Below, one piece after another: positions 20,313 through 30,095 of a stretch of DNA of 64,000 bases. Below the pieces are notes generated by a model that was given only the letters and a program-made list of their open reading frames with translations, was not told where the DNA came from and did not search any database. The stretch comes from a virus: IMG/VR virus record IMGVR_UViG_3300028388_003280, positions 1 through 64,000 of that record. One strand, written 5' to 3'. The position numbers and the translations under genes were made by a program. The stretch's first letter is position 1, and the number at the start of each line of letters is the position of its first letter.

Positions 20313-20596
20313 TGAAGGCACCGTTCAACAGGTACAAGGTATCTAACCCTTCCCGCGATCGTCTGGCAAAGCCCATTTCAATCCGCGAACGGGAGACTGA
20401 CATCTACATCGACTTCAATGAGGGCGCACGCCTTGAGTCAATTTCACAGAGTGCATACAACTCGCCGTCATATTGGTGGATCATCCTCGCAGCCAATCCC
20501 CAGTACGATATGGAGTATCATATCGAGCCTGGTGACACAATCAGAGTTCCGCTCCCTTTGAATGATGTGGTGCGGGAGATCAGGGAGCAGCTGTAG
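20312..20596 (+). CDS. LysM-like baseplate wedge protein (gp53/X-like)
   Basis: RLESIS..AY.SP.YWWIILAAN...IEPG.TIRVP. Confidence 0.8.
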   Translation: MKAPFNRYKVSNPSRDRLAKPISIRERETDIYIDFNEGARLESISQSAYNSPSYWWIILAANPQYDMEYHIEPGDTIRVPLPLNDVVREIREQL

Positions 20597-22197
20597 TGGC
20601 TGAGCTTTTCAACAGCAATTTCAAGCACCCCATCTTCAGGATGGAGTCTTTTGACGGGTCAATCAAACTCGGGTTTCGTGGTGATGCACTTGAAGAGCAG
20701 AGCGACTTCCTCAACATTGCTGACGTTACACAGTTCACAGCTCAGTATGACTATTCGTATGTCACATTCGTTGTGACCATGGAGATCCTGTACGGTGCGT
20801 GGATCGGCAATGAGTTTGAGGATGTCGTCCGGCCGCTCGTCGAAGAGACGTCAGAAATCGACCCAATCAAGGTCCAAGAGCTCAGGAACCGGGGTGAAAA
20901 CCTCGTTGCTGGATTGTGGAAGATTCAGTTTGGCTGGTTTGATGAAGAGACCGGCCTTGAGAATGTTACACAAGAACTTCTTTGCTGGACGAAGTCTAAC
21001 ACAGTTGTTGCAGATGCAAAGAACTTCGGTAGCGTTACACTACAGAAGACACTCGGCTTCACCCCAGCATTGTACATGATGAAGACGTCCATGCGAGACA
21101 TGACTGAGACCATGAAGCTCTTGACACTTGAGCGCAATAATCAGGGCGTGTCTAATGAAGACCTCGAATTGAGATACCTCCGCGACCGTGTTGAAGCTGA
21201 AGAACCAGATCCAGATTTTTACGCAGGCGTCGATCTAGGTCCAACACCTGCCCAGCAACCAGAGCAGGTTGAAGAAGAGGTTGAACAGCCAGACCGCCCA
21301 GCATTCACAGACCCCGGCATTCTTGTCACGAAGGATATCTTCACTGCCATCGCCCGCGATCTCCAGCGCATCTACAAGGGCTTTCCAAACGTGCCAGATG
21401 TTGATTCTTTCACATATCTGGGCACGAACCTTCTCAATACGGGCGCGTTTGAAGCGTACCGCGCATGGATCGAGGAGCCGTTGGTCAATGTTTCTGCATT
21501 GTTGTCGGCGCTTGATACACAGACTAATGCTGATCTGAATGTGTATGCGTGGGTGGATTCGTGGTTGCAAGACAACAACATGCAGTTGATTCCGCAGCCG
21601 TTCAGGGTTCTGAGCTCGAGGTCAAAGGCTGGGTTCATCATCCGGTTCGCTGAGGGTGCACAGAACGAGTTTGTCGAGCAGTTTTACCAGGCTAACAATG
21701 CCGACTCAGCCGACACACGCGACGCCGACATCGTCTCCGCACTCGCCGCATTTTCGTGGCAGCCAACCCTCGACGTCGCATCTCGGGCTGGCATCTTGGA
21801 AAACGTATCATTCCAGACCGAGACCGGCAAGTTCTCATTCCTTGCAAATCAGCAGGACGTTGAGTTCCAGAAGAAGGTCGCTGGTCTACCGGATTCCCGA
21901 GAAGAAGGTCGCAGTTCGGATGCAGCAGATGACACAACGTCCACTGACATCCGAAGCGTGTATTACGAGCTTTTGAGAACTGTGCAGAAGACATTTAACG
22001 CAACACTCCAAGGACAGCCAGATTTAGCAGCCGGCGATGTGCTGCGGATTGATGTCAACAACCCACTCTTCAATGGCTACTATCAGGTCGACTCTGTTAG
22101 TCATGCAATCACCCGTGGCGGGTTCAACACAGATGTGTCTGGCTTCAGGTTGCAGGCGGATCTGGGTAAGCAAATCAAGGGCCTAAACGATGCGTAA
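20596..22197 (+). CDS. baseplate hub protein (gp27/late control D-like)
   Basis: C-terminal GQPDL.AGD...FNGYYQVDSVSHAITRGGFNT motif. Confidence 0.7.
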   Translation: MAELFNSNFKHPIFRMESFDGSIKLGFRGDALEEQSDFLNIADVTQFTAQYDYSYVTFVVTMEILYGAWIGNEFEDVVRPLVEETSEIDPIKVQELRNRGENLVAGLWKIQFGWFDEETGLENVTQELLCWTKSNTVVADAKNFGSVTLQKTLGFTPALYMMKTSMRDMTETMKLLTLERNNQGVSNEDLELRYLRDRVEAEEPDPDFYAGVDLGPTPAQQPEQVEEEVEQPDRPAFTDPGILVTKDIFTAIARDLQRIYKGFPNVPDVDSFTYLGTNLLNTGAFEAYRAWIEEPLVNVSALLSALDTQTNADLNVYAWVDSWLQDNNMQLIPQPFRVLSSRSKAGFIIRFAEGAQNEFVEQFYQANNADSADTRDADIVSALAAFSWQPTLDVASRAGILENVSFQTETGKFSFLANQQDVEFQKKVAGLPDSREEGRSSDAADDTTSTDIRSVYYELLRTVQKTFNATLQGQPDLAAGDVLRIDVNNPLFNGYYQVDSVSHAITRGGFNTDVSGFRLQADLGKQIKGLNDA

Positions 22198-22942
22198 GAA
22201 TCAACGTGTTGAACGCCTATTGCGTAGTCAGCAGGATCAGACTAGAACTCCATCTCGTCCTCCTGCAACGATCACTCGACACATCTATTTGGGCGAGGTT
22301 GCAGATGTCAATGATCCACTGAACCAGGGTCGGATCAAAGTATATGTTCAGCGGCTTGACGGGATTAACAAGGTAGAAGCCCTGCCATGGTGTTCAAAGC
22401 TGTTCGCCACGAACATCCAGCATCAACCAAAGATCGGCGAGTTCGTTGCGATAGTCCTCGAGAACGCGTGGATCACAGACCGTGGCAGATGGTGGTTGGG
22501 ACCTATCTACAACTCACGGATCACGGACATTCCCCTTGATGCCGTCAGCATGTCGGCTCGCAAGAACAACTCTGTTGTTTTGTATGATGACAAGGGCGTC
22601 CGCATCACCACAGATGTTACCGAAGACCAGCCCGAAGTTGAGATGGTTCTAGATGCCCTCCTGAGTGAATCCAGGATCAAGGGCAACGACATCGTCCTTG
22701 ATTCCTACCTGGGCAGAAATGGGATAGAATACGCTGTGCCTTATGGTGAGCGTCTGGTACAGTTGCTCAAGTTTATGCTCAAAGCAATGCTGACGCACTC
22801 CCACCCACCGAACACACCACCAACCCCCGAAGACTGGACTCGTAAGGCCATCGACTACATCGCCGAGATCGATGATTGGCTCATCAACAAGAACGTCAGA
22901 ACGCGGGGTCCTGGGCAGTCTAGGATTCTAGGCGAGGAGTAA
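22190..22942 (+). CDS. baseplate spike, gp5 OB-fold type
   Basis: GEVADVNDPLNQGRIKV, LPWC, PKIGEFV motifs and a C-terminal HSH; no lysozyme domain evident. Confidence 0.8.
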   Translation: MRKNQRVERLLRSQQDQTRTPSRPPATITRHIYLGEVADVNDPLNQGRIKVYVQRLDGINKVEALPWCSKLFATNIQHQPKIGEFVAIVLENAWITDRGRWWLGPIYNSRITDIPLDAVSMSARKNNSVVLYDDKGVRITTDVTEDQPEVEMVLDALLSESRIKGNDIVLDSYLGRNGIEYAVPYGERLVQLLKFMLKAMLTHSHPPNTPPTPEDWTRKAIDYIAEIDDWLINKNVRTRGPGQSRILGEE

Positions 22943-22950
22943 CAACAAAT

Positions 22951-24588
22951 ATGGTTCCGAAGCTGATGACGATTGTCGCGGACTGCTATGGCAATTCCGA
23001 CATCCTCAAACGCCTGCGCAAGCACGACTTCATTTACTTTGCCGAGCCCGACGAGATTCCCAATCCTCCACCGGGCCATACTCTCATCTATGGCTACGCT
23101 CTGGCTAAGGAGATGTTCGAATTCGTCTCGATCGGCGACTACTTCATCAATGACTCGACCCGCTGGACGTTCAATGAGTTCGAGTCGCGCGACGACGTTT
23201 ACGTGGATGAGTGGATCCGTGAGACCATCAACCACTTCTTCAAATACAACCACATCAAGGGCCAGTTTGGGAATGAAGCACTACAGGCGCAGCTTGCCGA
23301 GATTGACCGTGTGTTCATTTACAACGGCAACCACGAGCTCTACCTCTACGATTCAACGACGGACAACTGTTACGCGTGGAGCCATGAAGAGATTAGCTAT
23401 CGCCTCGACACCACACCAGAGGCATTTGCGTGCACTATCGCAAACCACTTTCTCGACCAGAAGCGCGCTGTGTATGCCTGGGACCCACACAACCTCAAGA
23501 CAGTAGAGCATGCGTACAATCATGTCATGCTGTTCATCCGTGACATTGCATATGCAGCAATGGGCGTCTGGCTTGAGAAGTCCGATTTCTCCACGATGCT
23601 AGCCCCGACACATAAGCTGACGACTCCAGAGTTCATGAAGTATGTCAGCCACCTCCCAGACATCTATCATGCGATGGAGACGAAGGACTACATGCGTCGC
23701 CTTGTTGCTGGTGAGGTTGAACAGCTCTACTCTATGGCTGAGATTTGCATCGACCGTTCAAACCTGCTGGCTGAAATCAAGCGCCGGAACCTTTCTGGTG
23801 CTGACGCCACGGCTTTGGAGAAGATCTACAAAGAGCTTGATTCTCACGATATGGTGCAAGTTCCATACATGTCCCGGAACAAGATCACTGGCCGGCTCTT
23901 TCCAAACGGCGGCGCGTTCAATCCGATCACAACCTCGGATGCCGCCGTCCTCAGCTCAGTCGTATCCAGGCATCAAGGCGGAACCATTGTGTCATTCGAC
24001 TTTGAGACATTTGAACCTGCAATCATGACGCAGCTCCTTGAGCTTCCCATCGCTGGCGATATTCATACGACCGCAGCAGGCGTTCTGAACTGTGATAGAA
24101 CCGTCGCCAAGAAGATCAACAATATGGTGCTATACGGCGCCTCAGAGCAAAGCCTTTTCACAGAGTTCGAGAACCAGAAAATCGGACCCGATCAGGTTGA
24201 ACGGTATTTACAGATGATGGCGCCCACCATCGAGCGCGTTGATTTCGTTCAGCGTACACTCAATGAGCGCTATGAAGTACATGGTTTCTTTAGGAACGCC
24301 TTTGGACGCATCATCCGTCCTAGAAGCCGATCGGGTGTGTTCAACAACTACATCGCCTCGATCGCTTCGGACGTATTCAACACTGCGTCATCGTTAGTGT
24401 TTGACCTGTTACGTGACCGCGAGAGCAAACTCTTCATGCACAAATTCGACGAGCTCTTCGTAGACGTACACCCCGATGAGACAGACTTGATTGACGAGAT
24501 CGTTGACATCCTCTCAAACAAGCTCGGCATCGCCTTCAAGGTCAAAGTATCAGCCGGCCGTAACCTGGCTAGCCTGAAAGCTTTGTGA
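22951..24588 (+). CDS. family A DNA polymerase-like protein
   Basis: TGRL, motif A DFETFEP, motif B RTVAKKIN..LYG, motif C FDE. Confidence 0.8.
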   Translation: MVPKLMTIVADCYGNSDILKRLRKHDFIYFAEPDEIPNPPPGHTLIYGYALAKEMFEFVSIGDYFINDSTRWTFNEFESRDDVYVDEWIRETINHFFKYNHIKGQFGNEALQAQLAEIDRVFIYNGNHELYLYDSTTDNCYAWSHEEISYRLDTTPEAFACTIANHFLDQKRAVYAWDPHNLKTVEHAYNHVMLFIRDIAYAAMGVWLEKSDFSTMLAPTHKLTTPEFMKYVSHLPDIYHAMETKDYMRRLVAGEVEQLYSMAEICIDRSNLLAEIKRRNLSGADATALEKIYKELDSHDMVQVPYMSRNKITGRLFPNGGAFNPITTSDAAVLSSVVSRHQGGTIVSFDFETFEPAIMTQLLELPIAGDIHTTAAGVLNCDRTVAKKINNMVLYGASEQSLFTEFENQKIGPDQVERYLQMMAPTIERVDFVQRTLNERYEVHGFFRNAFGRIIRPRSRSGVFNNYIASIASDVFNTASSLVFDLLRDRESKLFMHKFDELFVDVHPDETDLIDEIVDILSNKLGIAFKVKVSAGRNLASLKAL

Positions 24589-24591
24589 TCC

Positions 24592-24993
24592 ATGCCCTAC
24601 AAGCACATCCTTCTCGCGTCATTCGTACCGCCAGACGACATCGATCTAGCCTTTGACCAAATCCATACGCGTGCTGGTGTGGCGAAGAACCGCATTTTCG
24701 TCTTCAGGTCTGATGACATCGACGACCTGATTTTCACATACAACGTATCAACAGAGAATGCTGACGTAAAGTTCAGCTCGATCTGGCCCGACACCATTTC
24801 GGTACACAGGAAGAAAGAGACTAACACACTGTTCTCACTCAACGCGCTCAATGAGCTCATCAAGTCTGAGAACAATGGAGAGCTCGTTCCCCAGTACAAA
24901 ATTGATTGGGAGAGTTACCGCAACTCGTTCCTCCTGTTCCGCAGTGGCAACCTCGCCGTTTTGCCCCTAGAGCTCATCAAGCTCAATCGGTGA
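24592..24993 (+). CDS. conserved hypothetical phage protein
   Basis: 133 aa ORF with VHRKKETNTLFSLNALN. Confidence 0.7.
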   Translation: MPYKHILLASFVPPDDIDLAFDQIHTRAGVAKNRIFVFRSDDIDDLIFTYNVSTENADVKFSSIWPDTISVHRKKETNTLFSLNALNELIKSENNGELVPQYKIDWESYRNSFLLFRSGNLAVLPLELIKLNR

Positions 24994-25096
24994 GGTATTT
25001 ATACCTGCGCACCAAAAATGGTGTGCATCATCGACAGCAACTGGTACAACAGTCAACGTCACCATCGACAACCAACGCAAAGGAGAATTCATCGCA

Positions 25097-25921
25097 ATGG
25101 ATGTCAACGCACTACGCGCTATGGTACAGCGCCTAAACCCCGAACGCAAGGACAACCCCCACCGCGACCTCTGGTTCAAGCCGCAAGAGGAAGCAACCGT
25201 CCTTCGAGTACTCCCCAACCCAAACATGAGTGAAGACCTCCCCTTCTTCGAGGTGTACTTCCACTACGATATCGCTGGCGAGCGCTCCATTGTCTGCCCA
25301 AAGCAGGTTGATGGTAGCCCTTGTCCTGTGTGTGAGCTCGCCGACGACTTCCGTGCCCGCAGCGGCAAGGGTCGTGATGATCCGAACTGGCAGATCTTTA
25401 CTCAGATCCAGGCAAAGCCCAGGGTCTACACGCCAGTGCTCATTCGTGGGCGGGAGGAAGAGGGTGCCAAGCTCTGGGGCTTCCCAGGCAGCATCCTCCA
25501 GTACTTCACTGAGACCATCCTCGACGAGGACTATGGCGACTTCACACATCCGGTCACGGGTCGCGATGTCACGGTCAAGCTCCTCAAGCCTGGCACAAAC
25601 GGAAACCCGGGTAAGTACCCGCGCCCGGCTGCCAAGGTGAAGCCGGCTCAGACGCCGATCTTCAAGGACAAGGAACAGATCAAGGAGCTCCTTGCGAGTA
25701 TCCCCAACTACTTCGACATGGATCCGCCTCTGTTTGAGGTCAAGAGTCATGACGAGCTCGTCACCATCGTTCGTCGTTACGCGGCAGAGCAGGATGGCGA
25801 AGGCACAACCATTAGTGCTAGTGACGATCTGCCCACGTTCGGAGACGACGACTTCAGCGATAGCAGCGCCTCGAAGAAGTCGACCTCGAACCTCAGTGAC
25901 CTCGATTCCCTGCTAGACTAG
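25097..25921 (+). CDS. single-stranded DNA-binding protein (gp32-like)
   Basis: H..CP...CPVCE zinc site, DYGDFTHPVTGRD, acidic tail; AAGGAG RBS. Confidence 0.85.
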   Translation: MDVNALRAMVQRLNPERKDNPHRDLWFKPQEEATVLRVLPNPNMSEDLPFFEVYFHYDIAGERSIVCPKQVDGSPCPVCELADDFRARSGKGRDDPNWQIFTQIQAKPRVYTPVLIRGREEEGAKLWGFPGSILQYFTETILDEDYGDFTHPVTGRDVTVKLLKPGTNGNPGKYPRPAAKVKPAQTPIFKDKEQIKELLASIPNYFDMDPPLFEVKSHDELVTIVRRYAAEQDGEGTTISASDDLPTFGDDDFSDSSASKKSTSNLSDLDSLLD

Positions 25922-25922
25922 C

Positions 25923-26276
25923 ATGAACAAGGACCAGCACTTCATTGTGCGTGGATCCGGGTACGGCATCGACAGCACTGTGGTTGTTGTCACTGCTGAG
26001 CATGAGGTGGACGGGGAGAAGTATCTCTCCGTCCGCCCGGCCACGCCGCGCCATGTAGGCGAAAAGTCCGTACTCATCCACGAACGGTACCTGCAGCCGA
26101 TCAGCGACCGGCTCAAGAAGTACATCTACACCTTCACTGTCACCAAACGGTGCGTCGACGACGGGACCACGGAACAGGATCTGCTCGTGATCGACGGCGC
26201 AGTGCGCAACATGAAGGTGGCTACGATCCTAGCCCGACTCAACATGGAACTCGGGCCAATCCTTAGGGGAGACTGA
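25923..26276 (+). CDS. hypothetical protein
   Basis: 117 aa ORF tightly packed between SSB and RecA. Confidence 0.6.
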   Translation: MNKDQHFIVRGSGYGIDSTVVVVTAEHEVDGEKYLSVRPATPRHVGEKSVLIHERYLQPISDRLKKYIYTFTVTKRCVDDGTTEQDLLVIDGAVRNMKVATILARLNMELGPILRGD

Positions 26277-26277
26277 T

Positions 26278-27381
26278 ATGGCTGAGAAGAAGTTCAGCGA
26301 ATCAAATCTAGTAGACGACCTCGCTGCGAAGTTCAAGTCTGAGCGCTCAAATGCCACAGCCTCATTCCTTAACTCCTCGTCAGCTTATGTCGAAGAGTGG
26401 ATCTCCACGGGCAACCTAGTCCTGGATGCGACACTCAGCAACAAACGCGAAGGCGGGATTCCAGTTGGGCGCCTGACTGAGATTGCAGGCGCCGAGGGTG
26501 CAGGCAAGACTCTGCTCGCATCCAACATTCTCGCCAACACCCAGAAGAAGGGTGGAATCGCAGTATTCATCGATACCGAGCACGCTGCATCTATCGAGGT
26601 GATGGAGGCAGTAGGCGTCGATGTCAACAAGCTCATTTACATTCAAGCGGGCACCGTCGAAGACGTCTTCCGGGCGCTCGACACCATCATCCACAAGATC
26701 CAGGCTGCGAACGCCCGCGACAAGCTCATCACTATCGTGTGGGACTCGGTCGCGGCCACATCCACCTTGGCAGAAGTCGAAGGCGACTATGACGAGCACA
26801 CCATGGGAATGGCAGCTCGACGCATCGGTCAGGGACTCCGCAAGATTATCCCCGTGATCTCGACCCATCGAGTCGCCTGTGTCTTCATCAACCAGTTGCG
26901 CACCAACATCGGCGTCAGCTTCGGTGACAAGTACTTCACCCCGGGCGGCAAGGCTATTCCTTTCCACGCCTCCATCCGCCTACGTCTCACACATTTCCAA
27001 GCCATCAAGGACAAGGCTACGAAGCGCCACTACGGTAACGTAGTCAAGTGCCAGGTCAAGAAGAACAAGGTGGCTCCTCCTATGCGTGAGATCTACTATC
27101 ACATCCGCTGGGGAGACAGGCTGGGCGCCTGGATGGACGAAGCGGCTACCCTGTGGGACATCTGTGAAGAGGCTGGAATGTTCCAGAAGATCTCGGCTCA
27201 GAAGATGTGTCTCGCATCCAACCCCAAGATTGAGTTTACCAAGAAGAAGTGGGAAGATTTGCTCGGTGAGCCCGCTTTCTACGAGACCGTCAAGGAAGGC
27301 GTGCTCGACTATCTAATCATCACCGGCAGTGAACCAGGCGCCGATCTCGAGCGAGAAGACGCCACATCGGAGAACGACTAA
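26278..27381 (+). CDS. recA: RecA/UvsX recombinase
   Basis: GAEGAGKT Walker A, FIDTEHA, VWDSVAA, FINQLR, TPGGKA..FHASIRL, KNKVAPP. Confidence 0.95.
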   Translation: MAEKKFSESNLVDDLAAKFKSERSNATASFLNSSSAYVEEWISTGNLVLDATLSNKREGGIPVGRLTEIAGAEGAGKTLLASNILANTQKKGGIAVFIDTEHAASIEVMEAVGVDVNKLIYIQAGTVEDVFRALDTIIHKIQAANARDKLITIVWDSVAATSTLAEVEGDYDEHTMGMAARRIGQGLRKIIPVISTHRVACVFINQLRTNIGVSFGDKYFTPGGKAIPFHASIRLRLTHFQAIKDKATKRHYGNVVKCQVKKNKVAPPMREIYYHIRWGDRLGAWMDEAATLWDICEEAGMFQKISAQKMCLASNPKIEFTKKKWEDLLGEPAFYETVKEGVLDYLIITGSEPGADLEREDATSEND

Positions 27382-27677
27382 TGAGCAAGAACAAGAACCA
27401 TAAGTTCGAGGTCCGTCTGAGCATGGACGGCAACGTGATCGCTTCCCGCGGCCGTTGGGTCGAGGAGTACCCCGAGAGCATCATCTACTCTCTCAGCCTC
27501 AACCAGCTTATGAACGACATGTGTGATCTCGTGTCCGACGCCCTCAAGGCCAACGACATCGAGCGTGCCTATGACATCGTCGAGGGCATGGAGAAGAACG
27601 TTCGCAAGCTCAAGCAGCGCAACAAGCAGAAGCGCCGCGAGAACGAAGTACGCCAGGGGCAGAGGATCACGAAGTGA
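27381..27677 (+). CDS. hypothetical protein
   Basis: 98 aa translationally coupled ORF. Confidence 0.65.
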   Translation: MSKNKNHKFEVRLSMDGNVIASRGRWVEEYPESIIYSLSLNQLMNDMCDLVSDALKANDIERAYDIVEGMEKNVRKLKQRNKQKRRENEVRQGQRITK

Positions 27678-28681
27678 GTACCACGAAGCAGGGTAGAGTC
27701 CTGCTCGTGGATGGAATGAACACCTACATTCGCTCGTTCATGATTATCCCAGTCACGAACGATGATGGCGAGCACTTTGGTGGGGTGTTCGGCTTCCTAC
27801 GCAGCCTGAAGGCGGCCATTGACCAGTTCAATCCTACTGAGGTGGTGGTTGCCTGGGACGGGCCACACTCAGGTCTGCGTCGCAAGAAACTCTTCCCAGA
27901 ATACAAAGCCAACCGCAAGCGAGATTGGAAGCGGGGTGCCGTCAAGGCCTTTGACTTCCTGGACGAGGACCAGCAGAACGACAACTTCGTGATGCAGATC
28001 CGTCGAGTTCAGGAGTACCTCGACCACCTCCCAATCAAGGTCATCCGGATTCCGTATGTTGAAGCGGACGACATCATCGCGATCTACACACAAGCACTTG
28101 ACGAGAGCTCCGAGGTCATCATCTATTCATCAGATGCCGACTTCAAGCAACTCGTCAACGAGAATGTGTTCCACTACAACCCCATCTCCAAGAAGCTAGT
28201 TTCACGCCAGGGCTTCAGAGATGACATGGGTGTTGACCCGAAGAACTACATGATTCTGAAGGCCACCCAGGGTGACAAGAGCGACAACATTCCTGGTGTC
28301 AAGGGGCTGGGCACAGCTACACTGCTTAAGCTCTACCCTGAAGTCGCAGGCGATGACCGCCTAGGTGTGGACCACATCATCGAGAAGGCCAACAAGTACG
28401 GCTTCAGCAAGGCTGGGGAGTACACGGCAGGCCAACGAAACAAGTTCAAGCTCATCGCAGAGCAGGCAGATGACATCCGCCGCAACTGGCGACTGATGCA
28501 ATTGCAAGAGCCTGAGGTCAGCAACCAGGCCCGAGAGATCGTGCTTGGAGCCGTCAACGAGTCTCCACAGAAGTTCAACAGCCTCCGCCTAAAAATGATG
28601 TTCATCCAAGACAAACTGGAGAAGACAGTTAGGCGGTTTGACGATTGGGCGAACACTTTTGGTGGACTGCAGACCCGATGA
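27674..28681 (+). CDS. 5'-3' exonuclease / flap endonuclease (T4 RNase H-like)
   Basis: LLVDG, YKANR, EADDII, SSDADF.QL, GDKSDNIPGVKGLG. Confidence 0.95.
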   Translation: MSTTKQGRVLLVDGMNTYIRSFMIIPVTNDDGEHFGGVFGFLRSLKAAIDQFNPTEVVVAWDGPHSGLRRKKLFPEYKANRKRDWKRGAVKAFDFLDEDQQNDNFVMQIRRVQEYLDHLPIKVIRIPYVEADDIIAIYTQALDESSEVIIYSSDADFKQLVNENVFHYNPISKKLVSRQGFRDDMGVDPKNYMILKATQGDKSDNIPGVKGLGTATLLKLYPEVAGDDRLGVDHIIEKANKYGFSKAGEYTAGQRNKFKLIAEQADDIRRNWRLMQLQEPEVSNQAREIVLGAVNESPQKFNSLRLKMMFIQDKLEKTVRRFDDWANTFGGLQTR

Positions 28682-28712
28682 TGGTGTATTTACCACTACC
28701 CCGAGGTGATAA

Positions 28713-30095
28713 ATGACAACCGACTCCTTTGAAAAGTTTGGCAGTCATTTCCAGCTCCGGCTTCTTCACTATCTCATTGCTGACCGTGACTTCGCGGCTT
28801 CGGTGCTTGATGCACTCAAGCCCGAATTCTTCAGTAATGACCACTATCGCACGCTCGTAACGATGCTGATGCAATACTTCGAGGAGTACAACGCAATGCC
28901 ATCGTTTGACAGCCTAGCGACCCTGGTCAACACTGAGATCAGCGACGAGGTCGAGCTGGAGTACCTACAAGACGTGTTGAAGAAGATCAGCCAAGATGGA
29001 GACCGAACAGACAAGGACTTCATTGAGGACAAGACGATCGACTTCTGCAAGCAACAGGCCTTGGTCAATGCAATCAAGGAGTGTGTGCCACTCATCGAGC
29101 GCAACCAGCTTGAGGACATTGACGAGATCATTTCAAAGGCCCGTAATGCAGTCGCCCAGCGCGACGAAGGACACGACTATTTTGACCAAGCACTTGCTCG
29201 CCGCATGGGTGAGCGTGACCCAGTTTCCACCGGGCTGCCACTGTTAGACAGATATATGGCAGGCGGCCTTGGTGCCAACGAAGCGGGAATCATCCTTGCC
29301 GGTACAGGGGTTGGCAAGAGCATGATGCTCGCGCATCTAGCAGCGGAAGCCCTCAAGCAGGGCCTCAACGTGGTATACTTCACGCTCGAGCTATCCGAAC
29401 AAATGGTGGCTCTACGTATTGACGCCAAGCTGGCAGGCATTGCCCTGACCACACTCCTGAACGATTCAGAAGGCGAGTATCGAGAGCGTGTGGACAAACG
29501 ACTGAAGCAAATCAGGAAGGACACGGGCAAGGACCCGCGTCTCCTCATCAAGGAATACCCCACCAAGACAGCATCCATCGGCACGTTCAGAAACTATCTG
29601 ATGCGACAGTACCACAAGGGCTTCGTACCAGATATGATCGTTGTCGATTACGCTGACATCATGAAGCCAGCCAGTGCCTACAAAGAGAAGCGTTACGAGC
29701 TCGAGGGCAACATTGAGAACCTACGTTCTCTGGCTGGAGAGTTGAAGGTCCCCGTTTGGACGGCTTCACAAACAAACCGAGAAGGCCTGGAAACCTCTAT
29801 TGTGGGCCTCACTTCCATCTCTGAGTCGCTTGCAAAGGCAATGGTGGCGGATGTCATTTTGAGCATCGGTCGAGACCATGCCCTTGTTGAGCGTGGCGAG
29901 GCATGTTACTACCTAGCGAAGAACCGCTTCGGCAACGATAAGGTTGTCTTCACGGGTCGGTACAACACCTCACTCCTCGATTTCACGATCGAACGTGAAG
30001 GTGTCGATGGAAATGAGCTTCACCAAGAGGCTGAGCAGGCGAGAACACGGGCGATCGGCGATCGTGTCCGTGCATTGTTTGATGAAGGGAATTGA
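28713..30095 (+). CDS. gp41: replicative DnaB-like helicase (gp41-like)
   Basis: AGTGVGKS, YFTLEL, IKEYPT, VVDYAD, WTASQTNR, KNRFG. Confidence 0.92.
   Translation: MTTDSFEKFGSHFQLRLLHYLIADRDFAASVLDALKPEFFSNDHYRTLVTMLMQYFEEYNAMPSFDSLATLVNTEISDEVELEYLQDVLKKISQDGDRTDKDFIEDKTIDFCKQQALVNAIKECVPLIERNQLEDIDEIISKARNAVAQRDEGHDYFDQALARRMGERDPVSTGLPLLDRYMAGGLGANEAGIILAGTGVGKSMMLAHLAAEALKQGLNVVYFTLELSEQMVALRIDAKLAGIALTTLLNDSEGEYRERVDKRLKQIRKDTGKDPRLLIKEYPTKTASIGTFRNYLMRQYHKGFVPDMIVVDYADIMKPASAYKEKRYELEGNIENLRSLAGELKVPVWTASQTNREGLETSIVGLTSISESLAKAMVADVILSIGRDHALVERGEACYYLAKNRFGNDKVVFTGRYNTSLLDFTIEREGVDGNELHQEAEQARTRAIGDRVRALFDEGN

Noticed and set aside
25018-25233. 71 aa ORF upstream of and overlapping the SSB gene
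   Set aside because: No RBS and it overlaps SSB out of frame; the region is more likely the SSB 5' leader
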